Source of the DNA: Candidatus Altimarinota bacterium
Lineage (GTDB): Bacteria > Patescibacteriota > Gracilibacteria > UBA1369 > GCA-2718715
Length of the DNA stretch: 64,000 bases
Reading direction: 5' to 3'
NCBI GenBank assembly: GCA_041242255.1
Contig: JBESAV010000001.1
Span: 736,001-800,000 of the forward strand
The notes beneath the pieces were generated by a model, which did not search any database, was not told the origin of the DNA, and saw nothing but the letters and a program-made list of their open reading frames with translations. Shown here piece by piece: positions 20,701-29,108 of this stretch. A program made the translations under genes and the position numbers. Numbering within the stretch: position 1 is the first letter of the stretch; every line of letters begins with the position of its first letter.

Positions 20701-20925
20701 CAAGAACTAAGAAAAGAAATGAATCTTGAAGTAAATGATCACATACATTTATATCTAGAGTCACAAGAAGAAAAATTAAGCTCAGCTATAACAAAATTAG
20801 CCGATGTAATAAGAGAAGAAACACTAGCAGATGAGCTACAACAATCTGGAGATCTCGAATGGGAATCTTCAAAAGAAGTAGAAATCGAAAACCATAAACT
20901 TCTAATTGGTATTAAAAAATGCTAA
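17770..20925 (+). CDS. ileS: Isoleucine--tRNA ligase, type 2 (archaeal/eukaryote-like)
   Basis: DGPPFANGLPHYGH, GWDCHGLP, WTTTPWTLP, EGQDQTRGWF and KLSKS. The long C-terminal extension has no zinc finger. Confidence 0.97.
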   Translation: MFDPVDNKKSLPDLERELVKHWQDKNIFKKSIQKNKDNPKFTFFDGPPFANGLPHYGHLLAMSLKDAVTRYQTMKGKYVPRTNGWDCHGLPVEYEIEKETGITGQKAIKEHGIDKFNQLCRESVFKYTNQWEEMFHRIARWVDEDDSYATLDNNYMESIWWVFKQIWDKGLVYEGYRPMHISPLLETPLSNFEVSLAYKDVTDLSVIAKFKLTKESLQKISIEDKEVYILAWTTTPWTLPGNVALAFGEDIDYVLVKHDETFYILAKELIQANFGEDEVEIVQDINPKDLEDSTYEPLFDYYKQSDLEGKYCTIQIADFVTTDSGTGIVHIATMFGEDDFNLGEEKGLARIQHVGMDGKFFDNIKGYEGKFVKGQDLNIAHELEERGLLFKKENYRHSYPHCWRTDGPLLNYTTKSLFIKVTDVKERLIENNKEINWQPDHIKEGRFGKWLEGARDWSISRNRFWGCPIPVWESTTTGEKICIGSIEELKKLSKGKLPLDKEGNLDLHKPYIDDIVLYSPTDGSEMHRIPDVFDCWFESGSMPYAQLHYPFENKELFENNFPADFIAEGQDQTRGWFYTLHVLSTILFDKPAFKNVICTGMLLAKDGQKLSKSKRNYPEPSVLFEEKGVDALRLFLYQSNVPLAESTRFSDDHVDEIMKKFSLTFWNTYSFFITYANIDNFTKDNVDLSNLNQFHELDRFIISKLNSLIKEVTENMDAYNFPKATRPIIEFMDTLSNWYIRRSRRRFWKTVNDTDKFQAFSTLYYVLENLARLSAPFTPFISESVYQNLTKEESVHLANWPKYDGALIDSDLIQKMDLARSIINSGHALRSQANIKVRQPLSKVEVAIPQKELQEQVEELKEVIKDELNVKNISIIDSAEDFVNKTVKPNAKKLGPTLGHKMKEIINASRNNEFEIKGEQIEIAGETLELEGNFEIQFEAKEGTLAESQNGIATILHTELSEELIQEGIVRDIIRQIQELRKEMNLEVNDHIHLYLESQEEKLSSAITKLADVIREETLADELQQSGDLEWESSKEVEIENHKLLIGIKKC

Positions 20926-21287
20926 CTAAAATACTTTTATCTATTGGCTTCAATGGAATAGTTCTATTTCTAGCTCAATACCTCTTACAAGATTTATCAG
21001 TTACAGGTGGACTCAAGACATATATTTATTTTGGGCTTGCATTTGGAATAGCCAACGGTCTCATAAAACCAATCCTAAAGCTTCTAACAATACCTGTTAA
21101 ATGGGCAACTTTAGGCTTAAGCTTAGTAGCTATAAATATACTTATGTTCATAGCAGTTGATCTAACGCTAGAAGAAATTTTTGGCTCAAACTACAACATC
21201 GTACTCCAAAAAAATCTTGCAACTTACCTCAAAACCGGTATCGTTGTTGGTGTCTTAAATTGGATAAAAAATATAATAATTAAGTAA
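20919..21287 (+). CDS. 4-TMS phage-holin-superfamily IV (YvlD-like) membrane protein
   Basis: GIANGLIKPILKLLTIPVKWATLGL signature. The context is housekeeping, not phage. Confidence 0.8.
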   Translation: MLTKILLSIGFNGIVLFLAQYLLQDLSVTGGLKTYIYFGLAFGIANGLIKPILKLLTIPVKWATLGLSLVAINILMFIAVDLTLEEIFGSNYNIVLQKNLATYLKTGIVVGVLNWIKNIIIK

Positions 21288-21502
21288 TGGCAGAAACTCT
21301 AACTATAGCACAAGTTATCGTAAGTATACTTCTTACTCTTTCTATACTAGCTCAAAACAGAGGAACAGGACTATCAGCAACTTTCGGTGGGACTGGAGAC
21401 TTCTACGTTGAAAAAAGAGGAGCTGAAAAAGTTCTTTACAACTCTAGTATTATACTTGCTGCATTATTCGTAGGAATAGCATTGGCACACATCTTCGTAT
21501 AA
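21287..21502 (+). CDS. secG: Preprotein translocase subunit SecG
   Basis: Two TM segments around QNRGTGLSATFGG...KRGAEKVL. Confidence 0.9.
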   Translation: MAETLTIAQVIVSILLTLSILAQNRGTGLSATFGGTGDFYVEKRGAEKVLYNSSIILAALFVGIALAHIFV

Positions 21503-21510
21503 AAAATTCT

Positions 21511-23169
21511 ATGTTTTTAAGAAAAATTTCCCAAATTTTTCAGAACTACAGTAAAAAAGATATACTTATAACAAAAGCACTGACAGCGATTTTACTCCTG
21601 TCAGTTTTTGTTCTAGGAATAGTTACATTGGTTTTTAACTATAAAATAGACAACAAACCAAATGAATACACAGAAGCAATAATCTCAGAATACGAAGGCA
21701 TAAACCCTTTATTCCCTCAAACCAACAAAGCAAATGATGATATATCATATCTAGTTTTTGAAGGTCTTACTCGATACAATCCTGAAACTTTCAACTTCGA
21801 AGACAACCTAGCAACCTACACTATTAACCAAGACTCAACAGTCTTTACTTTTCAACTAAAAGAAAACCTCAAATGGTCGGATGGAACTCCAATCACAATT
21901 GATGATGTAATCTTCACGTACAAGACTATATATCAGAATCAATCCAACCCTAATCAAATAATACGAGACTACTTCAGGGAAATACAAATAAATAACACTG
22001 CAGAGAACGAGGTACAATTTATCTTACCTCAACCCAATAGCTTTTTCCTTGCACAAGCAACCCTACCCATATTACCAAGACACAAACACACAAAAATACA
22101 GGTTGATCAACTAAGCTTAGATTCCTTTGACAAGAAGCAATTAGTTGGAAGCGGTCCTTTTCAAATACAAAAAATTGAAGATCTAAAAAACAATACCGCA
22201 CGGATAGTTTTAAAACCAAACCCATATTGGAGAAAAACACTTCCTGAAATTGAGAAAATCGAATTCTTCATTAATCCAGACATTAACTATCTGTTATCAA
22301 TACAAGAAAATATAAACGCATTTCCAGACCTTGAACCAAAATATGAAGACAACTTAGACCAAAAGCAATTTGAATTTGCTCAATATACTAAATCTCAATA
22401 CACCGCACTTTTCCTAAACACAGAAAATGATATCTTGAGAAAACAACCAATCAGAAACGCTATCCAAGCAGCAACAGATAAATCATCATTGCAACAAAAC
22501 TTTATCAACAAAAAAGTAGTAAGCTTACCTATCTTCCAATTTCAAAACATTACCCAAATTCCAAGTGCAAACCTAGATAATGTAAGACAAACACTTCAAG
22601 ATTTAGGATATGAACTGAACGGAGAAGGATATTATCAAGATGAAAATGAAGTCCTACAATTCAACCTAACCATCCCAGCTTATGAAAACAATCCAGAAAA
22701 AAGCGAGGAGATAGATAAATTAGCAAGATTCTTAAAAACAAACTATCAAAGAGTTGGTATTGGCTTAAACATTCAAGCACTGCCAGATAACCAATTCTCC
22801 CAGACTTTAGCTACCAAAAATTACGATATGATCCTATTAGGTCAAGATTTAGGTAAAGATTTTGACTTATTCCCATACTGGCATTCAAGTCAAGTAGGGG
22901 AGGGTAGGTATAATCTATCCAACTATCAGAATCCTATTACAGATTCTTTACTAGAAAATATTAGAATAGAAAACAACCAAGAAATCCAGAAAGAACTAGT
23001 GTCCGACATTAACTCTCAAATCTACGAAGATACTCCTGCAATATTTCTATATACTGACATTCATACATTTGCATTTGACAATAAGGTCAAAAACCGTAAT
23101 ATTCTCACGAACTATTCCTCCAGCCCACAACGATTTTTCAATATTGAAAACTGGAGTTTAAATAATTAA
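21511..23169 (+). CDS. Membrane-anchored family 5 (peptide/OppA-like) solute-binding protein
   Basis: LVFEGL, KWSDGTPITIDDVIFT, VGSGPF and YWHSSQ motifs. N-terminal TM anchor. Confidence 0.88.
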   Translation: MFLRKISQIFQNYSKKDILITKALTAILLLSVFVLGIVTLVFNYKIDNKPNEYTEAIISEYEGINPLFPQTNKANDDISYLVFEGLTRYNPETFNFEDNLATYTINQDSTVFTFQLKENLKWSDGTPITIDDVIFTYKTIYQNQSNPNQIIRDYFREIQINNTAENEVQFILPQPNSFFLAQATLPILPRHKHTKIQVDQLSLDSFDKKQLVGSGPFQIQKIEDLKNNTARIVLKPNPYWRKTLPEIEKIEFFINPDINYLLSIQENINAFPDLEPKYEDNLDQKQFEFAQYTKSQYTALFLNTENDILRKQPIRNAIQAATDKSSLQQNFINKKVVSLPIFQFQNITQIPSANLDNVRQTLQDLGYELNGEGYYQDENEVLQFNLTIPAYENNPEKSEEIDKLARFLKTNYQRVGIGLNIQALPDNQFSQTLATKNYDMILLGQDLGKDFDLFPYWHSSQVGEGRYNLSNYQNPITDSLLENIRIENNQEIQKELVSDINSQIYEDTPAIFLYTDIHTFAFDNKVKNRNILTNYSSSPQRFFNIENWSLNN

Positions 23170-23186
23170 AAATTAATACATTAAAA

Positions 23187-23645
23187 ATGATTGTAGAAGT
23201 AGTACTATTACAGGATGTACCTAATCTAGGTGTAAAAGGTCAATCCGTACAAGTTAAAGGTGGTTATTTTAGAAATTTCTTGGCACCAGAAGGATTAGCA
23301 ACATATGCAACTCCAGAACTTACAAAAAAAGCAGAAGAAATTAATGCAAAAATCGCCGAACAAGAAGAAAAACAAAAACAAGACGCTAAGCAGCTTGCTG
23401 TTCAACTACAAGGACAAAAAATCAAAATTACCGAAAAACTTAATAAGAAAGGTAACCTTTACAAACAAGTTAGCCTTGAACAAATCCTTGAAGCTATTAA
23501 ATCAGAACATGATCTTGAAGTACCAACTCAATACCTAAACTTCAAACAAAAGATTAAAGAAGAAGGAACTTACGACATCAATCTTAACCTTGGATTCGAC
23601 CAAACAGCTACAGTTGTATTAACTGTTGAAGGTGAAGATTCTTAG
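23187..23645 (+). CDS. rplI: 50S ribosomal protein L9
   Basis: VVLLQDVPNLG...VKGGYFRNFLAPEGLA, a helical linker and the C-terminal domain. Confidence 0.95.
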   Translation: MIVEVVLLQDVPNLGVKGQSVQVKGGYFRNFLAPEGLATYATPELTKKAEEINAKIAEQEEKQKQDAKQLAVQLQGQKIKITEKLNKKGNLYKQVSLEQILEAIKSEHDLEVPTQYLNFKQKIKEEGTYDINLNLGFDQTATVVLTVEGEDS

Positions 23646-24045
23646 TTTAGATTACGGACGTAAAAATATTGGAATTAGTATAAGCGATGCCACACACAGC
23701 ATCGCTTTTATTCGTCCAAGTATAATAAATGACCAAAAAGCATTAAGTATTTTACAAAAACTAATCAAAGAAGAGAACATCACAACTATTCTCATTGGAA
23801 AAAATCAAAACAAAAACCCAAACTTTGATCTTAACCAAGAAGGATTAGATTTCCTTTCTCAACTTAACTTAGATAACATAGAAGTTATCACCATCAACGA
23901 AGACTTCTCTACATTTGAAGCCATAAATAAGCTTAAAAAATCAGGATATAAAGATGACAAAATTCAAGACCTAAAAGACTCAGCCTCAGCTCAGATTATC
24001 TTAGAAAAATATCTACAATCAATTGAGCAAAGCTCACAAAACTGA
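23632..24045 (+). CDS. ruvX: YqgF/RuvX family RNase H-fold nuclease (pre-16S rRNA processing)
   Basis: ILSLDYGRKNIGISISD, INEDFST and DSASAQIILEKYL. GTG at 23632 is the likely start; the ORF track uses TTG at 23626. Confidence 0.88.
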   Translation: MKILSLDYGRKNIGISISDATHSIAFIRPSIINDQKALSILQKLIKEENITTILIGKNQNKNPNFDLNQEGLDFLSQLNLDNIEVITINEDFSTFEAINKLKKSGYKDDKIQDLKDSASAQIILEKYLQSIEQSSQN

Positions 24046-24071
24046 TAACATCATCACCTATAATAATTTGG

Positions 24072-24608
24072 ATGATTGATCTTTTTTCCATACAAACAAT
24101 TTTCACCACAACAGTTTTCACAACACTGGTGTGTTTAATACAGTTCATTAAAGCCAAAGACATCTCAGAATGCAAACTAGGCTTCATTCTATCAATAGCC
24201 CTTTTACTATCAGGTATTCTTACCTCAACTTATCATTTTTCATTCATAATTTTCCTCCTAGCGTCTTACTTGATACATAAAAAGCCATCTCAAACTACTG
24301 CTTTTTTCATTACTGTAACAGCTATTTCAACCATAGGAGCAATCCAAACTAACTTTATAAATATTATCCTATTTCAATTTGCACTAACAATTAGTTTCTT
24401 CCTTTTCTACTCAAAAATTATATTTAAAAACTCTCTTAAGGAATTAACAATAAGATTAGATTACCTAGACTATCAAAATCTTAAAAATGAAAATACCCTA
24501 AAGGATAAACTCCAGGCACTTACACCCGGAGTAATTAAAAAATCTAAAATCATCAAGATAGACCAAATAGACGAATCTGTTCACTTTAAAGTATCATATG
24601 AACAATAA
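24072..24608 (+). CDS. Divergent DUF4956-like membrane protein
   Basis: Several TM helices, then a C-terminal LTIRLDY...LKDKLQALTPGVIKKSKIIKIDQIDESVHFKVSY segment resembling the DUF4956 C-terminus (judged by eye). Confidence 0.5.
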   Translation: MIDLFSIQTIFTTTVFTTLVCLIQFIKAKDISECKLGFILSIALLLSGILTSTYHFSFIIFLLASYLIHKKPSQTTAFFITVTAISTIGAIQTNFINIILFQFALTISFFLFYSKIIFKNSLKELTIRLDYLDYQNLKNENTLKDKLQALTPGVIKKSKIIKIDQIDESVHFKVSYEQ

Positions 24609-25209
24609 GTTTATAGAAAAACCATATCAATTCTTTTTAACTAAAACTAAAAAACCATCTTTTTACCTTGAAGATAGCTACAAGTTAAATTCTAATAAAC
24701 TCCCATTTCTCTTACACAAACTTTCAAAATTCTGTTATTTAATTACAGATAATGACCAAAAAATCTTTGATATTGAAAAAGAATTTTATGACACAGCAGA
24801 AAACAACTATGAAAGACTTATAAGATTAAATCGCCCCAAACAAATACAAGTTTTTATTCAAAAAACTTATCTCAAACAAAAAATCGAAAAAACACTAACC
24901 ATCAGATATAAAAACCACCACAAGCACCAATATTTAAAAATACCAATCTCTACTTACAAAAAAGTAGAAGACTGGCACATCAACAGCCTACTCCAACAAA
25001 AAAATTTAAATTTCCCACTTCTTCGGCAAACTCATGAACAATCCCTATCTAGAATAATCCTCTTACAACCACACTCAAACACTATCATTCACATAGACTT
25101 CGACATAACTCTAAATCAAACAGAAAAACCGTATACAAAAATCACTATTCAAAGCGAGTCTAGAAACAACCAACTTTCTAAACTAATCCAAAAAATCCAC
25201 CAAATATAA
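24598..25209 (+). CDS. Degenerate VTC/CYTH-like (polyphosphate polymerase fold) protein
   Basis: EDSYKL...LPFLLHKL...QKIFDIEKEFYDT...RIILL...IHIDFDITL follows the layout of bacterial VTC domains. The basic catalytic motifs look eroded. Confidence 0.5.
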   Translation: MNNKFIEKPYQFFLTKTKKPSFYLEDSYKLNSNKLPFLLHKLSKFCYLITDNDQKIFDIEKEFYDTAENNYERLIRLNRPKQIQVFIQKTYLKQKIEKTLTIRYKNHHKHQYLKIPISTYKKVEDWHINSLLQQKNLNFPLLRQTHEQSLSRIILLQPHSNTIIHIDFDITLNQTEKPYTKITIQSESRNNQLSKLIQKIHQI

Positions 25210-25211
25210 AA

Positions 25212-25288
25212 TGGTGGCGGGGGAGAGACTTGAACTCTCGACCTCGGGCTTATGAGTCCCGCGCTCTAACCACCTGAGCTACCCAGCC
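25212..25288 (-). tRNA. tRNA-Met (CAT), non-initiator type (elongator Met or Ile2)
   Basis: GGCTGGGTAGCTCAGGTGGTTAGAGCGCGGGACTCATAAGCCCGAGGTCGAGAGTTCAAGTCTCTCCCCCGCCACCA. G1-C72 is paired; there are U4-C69 and A31-G39 mismatches. Confidence 0.92.
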
Positions 25289-25340
25289 ACTAAAATTTAG
25301 CGTGTCAAAAATACCAAATTTTTACTAAAAATCAACCAAT

Positions 25341-25730
25341 TTAGACATCAATTCTAGTAAAGTACTTCAGCCACTTCTTCCATTGTGGTAAGTTTTTATG
25401 CTCAAACACTTTATCAGGCACTAAGCTTTGTTCACTATCTTCACCTATTTCATTCTTCTCATCCAACAACACTAAGACTTTCTCACCTGGATTTACTTTA
25501 CCTTGATTCTGCTTAGCCATTTTTTCCCTATACTGGGGAGAAGTGTAGTATTCAAAATCTGCTCTCAGCTCTTCATTCTCCTGAACTATTTGCATATTTT
25601 CCGATTCTAACTGAACAATATACCGTTCAATTTGATTACTATTATATTCAGACCTAGCCAATGTAGCAATCATGTATACCGCAATTAAAAACTCTATCCC
25701 CAACAAAATTTTCACATTTTTCTTTATCAT
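25341..25730 (-). CDS. Septum formation initiator (FtsB/DivIC family)
   Basis: N-terminal TM, coiled coil, and YREKMAKQNQGKVNPGEKV motif. Confidence 0.8.
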   Translation of the reverse strand: MIKKNVKILLGIEFLIAVYMIATLARSEYNSNQIERYIVQLESENMQIVQENEELRADFEYYTSPQYREKMAKQNQGKVNPGEKVLVLLDEKNEIGEDSEQSLVPDKVFEHKNLPQWKKWLKYFTRIDV

Positions 25731-25848
25731 TCGTGAGTTCTTAAAACATCACAACAAATCATAAAAGAGTTATCCAAAAAATACAAAACTATATTCAACT
25801 TGATAAAATACTTCTAATAAGCCAAAATCTTATAAATAAAACATATTA

Positions 25849-27132
25849 ATGAACTGGGAAAACATAAAAAACATATATTTTGTAGGCTTGGGAGGAATCG
25901 GAATATCTGCACTTGCAAATATTCTCTTAGAAAAAGGCTATAACATTAGTGGGTCAGAAATAGTACCTTCAGAAATCACAGAACGACTAGAATCTAAACA
26001 AGTCAAAATCAATACTGATCAAAACAATTCAAACATAACCAAAGAAATAGACTTACTAATATATACAGCAGCAGTTGATATATCCCACCCCGAGCTTCAA
26101 GCAGCTAAGGAACTATCCATTCCAATCATGTCTTACCCGCAAGCCCTTGGGGAATTTTCCAAAAATTACAAACTACTAGCTATTTCCGGTACTCACGGAA
26201 AATCAACCGTCACAGCAATGCTTAGTAAAATTCTTATCGAAACAAACTTTGACCCGAACGTAGTCATTGGAACAAAAACCCAAGAACTAAACGGAACCAA
26301 TTTCAGAGTAGGTAGTTCTGAGTATTTAATCATTGAAGCTTGCGAATATAAAGACTCATTCTTGAATTTCCATCCTGACATTCTAGTAATAAACAACTTA
26401 GAGCCTGACCACTTAGACCATTTCAAAACTGCCGAAAATTACTACAAAACCTTCCAAGACATTACCCAAAACATAAAACCTAATGGAACACTCATTGCTC
26501 CAGAAGATGTCATCCAAAAAATCAAACCCAAAAATGACACAAAAGTTGTATCTTGGAAAGAACCTAAGCTATTTGAACTAAAGATCCCTGGAAAATTCAA
26601 CCAAGAGAACGCTCAGAATGCATTCCTAGCCTCCCAAGCTTTAAATGTAGACCCAGACAAAGCCAAACAAAGCCTAGGCCATTACAACGGGAGCTGGAGG
26701 AGACTTGAGTACAAGCAAACAAAATTTAAAAATACTATATTCATAGACGATTACGCACATCACCCCACAGAAATAAAAGCTACGCTACAAGCACTCCGAA
26801 ACAAATATCCCAACAAAAAATTACTTACCGTATTTCAACCTCATCAATTCAACAGAACTAAACACTTCTTAAAAGGATTTGCAGAATCATTTGCTAATAC
26901 TAACCAAGTTATAATTCCTGACATATACCAAGTAAGAGACACTGCAAAAGATATTCAAGAAGTTAGCGCAAAAATCTTGGTTGATAAAATCAATCATAAC
27001 TCTAAAAACGCACTCCATATAGAGGGGCTTAAAAAGACAGCCGAATACATTAAAGAAAATCATACAAAGTACGATATCATAATAACTATGGGCGCAGGAA
27101 ACATTACAGACATATACGAATACTTTATATAA
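25849..27132 (+). CDS. murC: UDP-N-acetylmuramate--L-alanine ligase
   Basis: FVGLGGIGISALA, SGTHGKST, IEACEY, DDYAHHPTEI, FQPH and MGAG motifs. Confidence 0.96.
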   Translation: MNWENIKNIYFVGLGGIGISALANILLEKGYNISGSEIVPSEITERLESKQVKINTDQNNSNITKEIDLLIYTAAVDISHPELQAAKELSIPIMSYPQALGEFSKNYKLLAISGTHGKSTVTAMLSKILIETNFDPNVVIGTKTQELNGTNFRVGSSEYLIIEACEYKDSFLNFHPDILVINNLEPDHLDHFKTAENYYKTFQDITQNIKPNGTLIAPEDVIQKIKPKNDTKVVSWKEPKLFELKIPGKFNQENAQNAFLASQALNVDPDKAKQSLGHYNGSWRRLEYKQTKFKNTIFIDDYAHHPTEIKATLQALRNKYPNKKLLTVFQPHQFNRTKHFLKGFAESFANTNQVIIPDIYQVRDTAKDIQEVSAKILVDKINHNSKNALHIEGLKKTAEYIKENHTKYDIIITMGAGNITDIYEYFI

Positions 27133-28507
27133 GCCTGTAAGTTGTTCCATCCTTTCCATCCAACACTTGCACCCCAACACTCAGCAACTCATCCCTTAGT
27201 TTATCAGAGAGCTCATAATCTTTAGATTCTCTTGCTTCAACACGTCTATCAAACAATCTTTGCTGCTCTTCATTCAGCTGATCTTTTTCATATCTTATAA
27301 CTTTCAAAACTTGATCCATCTTAAGTAGAGTGTCCCTAAAAATCTCTAACTCTTCATCACTTAAATCTCCAGCATCTAAATCAGCATTAACTTCAGTTAT
27401 AAACTCATTCACCTGCGCCAATGCCTTAGATATATTCATATCATCACTTAAAGCCTCTTTAAATTTATCTATAACCTCTTCATCGTAATCAACAGGCTCA
27501 TCTACATAATTTAAATTCATATCCAAAAATCTATCCCACAAATTCTGTATTCTGAATCTAGATTCAGATGCCTGCTTCAGGTTTTTATCAGTAAAATCTA
27601 ATGGACTTCTATAATGAACAGACATCAGAAAATACCTCAAATCCAATGGATCATACACCTTAACTAAATCAATGACGCTCTTTATATTCCCCAAAGACTT
27701 AGACATTTTATCTCCATCCATATTTAGAAAACCATTATGAACCCAGAAGTTAGCTAGTTTCTTATTATTAACACATTCACTTTGAGCAATCTCACATTCA
27801 TTATGAGGAAACTTTAAATCTAATCCACCAACGTGTATATCAATGCTCTCACCTAGAGTATCTTTAATCATAGCAGAACACTCTATATGCCAACCAGGTC
27901 GACCATCTTTAATCTCTCCATCACTATCAATCCAAAAAGGTTCTCCATCTTTTTTATACTTCCACAAAGCAAAGTCTCTTGGATTTTCCTTACCTTTATT
28001 TTCATCGACTCTTTCACCAATATTCAAAGAATCTAAATCTTGCTTTGAAAGCTTTCCGTATTCAGAAAACTTCTCAACTCTAAAGTAGATTCCATCACTT
28101 TTCACTTCATATGCATATCCATCTTTCAGTAACTTCTTAACCATACTTATAATCGTTTCAATATGCTTTGTAGCCCATGGCCTCTCATCAGGCTCACTAA
28201 TCCTAAGAGATCCAAAACTTCTTTTGGCCACCTCAGACATTTCATTTGCTAATTCACTTACCTCTATATCTCTTTCTTTAGCTTTATTAATCATCTTATC
28301 ATCAATATCTGTAAAATTAGATACTAACTTCACTTCATAACCTAAGAAAACTAACACATCCCTTAAAAAATCAGCAGTTAAAGCAGCACGAGCATTACCT
28401 ATATGAGGTGGACCATATACAGTTGGACCACATGAATAGATTTTCACAATATCACCTATTGCAACAAACTTTTCTTTTTCACCACTTAGAGAATTAAACA
28501 AAAACAT
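27125..28507 (-). CDS. cysS: Cysteine--tRNA ligase
   Basis: CGPTVY, HIGN, DFALWK, GRPGWHIECSAM and KMSKSLGN motifs. Confidence 0.98.
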   Translation of the reverse strand: MFLFNSLSGEKEKFVAIGDIVKIYSCGPTVYGPPHIGNARAALTADFLRDVLVFLGYEVKLVSNFTDIDDKMINKAKERDIEVSELANEMSEVAKRSFGSLRISEPDERPWATKHIETIISMVKKLLKDGYAYEVKSDGIYFRVEKFSEYGKLSKQDLDSLNIGERVDENKGKENPRDFALWKYKKDGEPFWIDSDGEIKDGRPGWHIECSAMIKDTLGESIDIHVGGLDLKFPHNECEIAQSECVNNKKLANFWVHNGFLNMDGDKMSKSLGNIKSVIDLVKVYDPLDLRYFLMSVHYRSPLDFTDKNLKQASESRFRIQNLWDRFLDMNLNYVDEPVDYDEEVIDKFKEALSDDMNISKALAQVNEFITEVNADLDAGDLSDEELEIFRDTLLKMDQVLKVIRYEKDQLNEEQQRLFDRRVEARESKDYELSDKLRDELLSVGVQVLDGKDGTTYRLI

Positions 28508-28508
28508 C

Positions 28509-28796
28509 TTATAAACCAGAAGTTATAGAAATAAAAATTATCATAACCAAACTATAAAGACCTCTCAATAAAAAGAAAGCAATGATTGGGCTAAAATCTA
28601 TCCCACTAATAGGAGGTATAATCTTTTGAACAGGCTTCAAAATAGGATCAGTAACGTCATTTAAAAATTCCGAAACAAAAGTACTTTTATGGGGAAACCA
28701 GCTCAAAATCACCCTAGCCGTTAAAAGAATTACAAGTATTGAGTACAAAACATAAATCAAAGTTCCAATAAAATTTACAATATTCACTTTAAACAT
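28509..28796 (-). CDS. YggT family membrane protein
   Basis: RVILSWF, TDPILKPVQKIIPPISGIDFSPII. Confidence 0.9.
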   Translation of the reverse strand: MFKVNIVNFIGTLIYVLYSILVILLTARVILSWFPHKSTFVSEFLNDVTDPILKPVQKIIPPISGIDFSPIIAFFLLRGLYSLVMIIFISITSGL

Positions 28797-28846
28797 CTTA
28801 AATTAAACAAATCATATACTATTTACATTTTATTTGAAAATTAATA

Positions 28847-28875
28847 TTGACGGTGAGTCTTCACTCACCTATAGT
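28847..28875 (+). promoter_or_regulatory. Sigma70 promoter with a palindromic operator filling the spacer
   Basis: TTGACG, 17 nt, TATAGT. A perfect inverted repeat GGTGAGT-cttc-ACTCACC spans 28852-28869. Confidence 0.7.
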
Positions 28876-28898
28876 GATTTTAGATTTAACAAACAAAT

Positions 28899-29108
28899 AT
28901 GAAAAATTTCATCATTCGAATAACCCGCAAACAACAACCTTTAAACAATATACCAGGTATGGGTAGATTCACAGTGGCAGCTCTTAAAAGATACGGAATA
29001 GAAACAGTAGAGCAGTTCAGCATTTTCACAGAAGAAGAAGTCGTAACACTACTTGGTAAAAGTGGAGCTAAACTTCTCAAAAACGCAAAAGCATTATCAT
29101 ACGCCTAA
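28899..29108 (+). CDS. Stand-alone helix-hairpin-helix protein (69 aa)
   Basis: LNNIPGMGRFTVAALKRYGIETVEQF HhH signature, plus a second helical pair EEEVVTLLGKSGAKLL. Confidence 0.75.
   Translation: MKNFIIRITRKQQPLNNIPGMGRFTVAALKRYGIETVEQFSIFTEEEVVTLLGKSGAKLLKNAKALSYA

Noticed and set aside
20919-21287. Prophage, suggested by the holin-family gene
   Set aside because: This YvlD-like family is chromosomal. It sits between ileS and secG with no phage genes nearby.
25212-25288. Initiator tRNA-fMet
   Set aside because: Positions 1-72 are paired (G-C) and the anticodon stem lacks the G29-G30-G31/C39-C40-C41 run.
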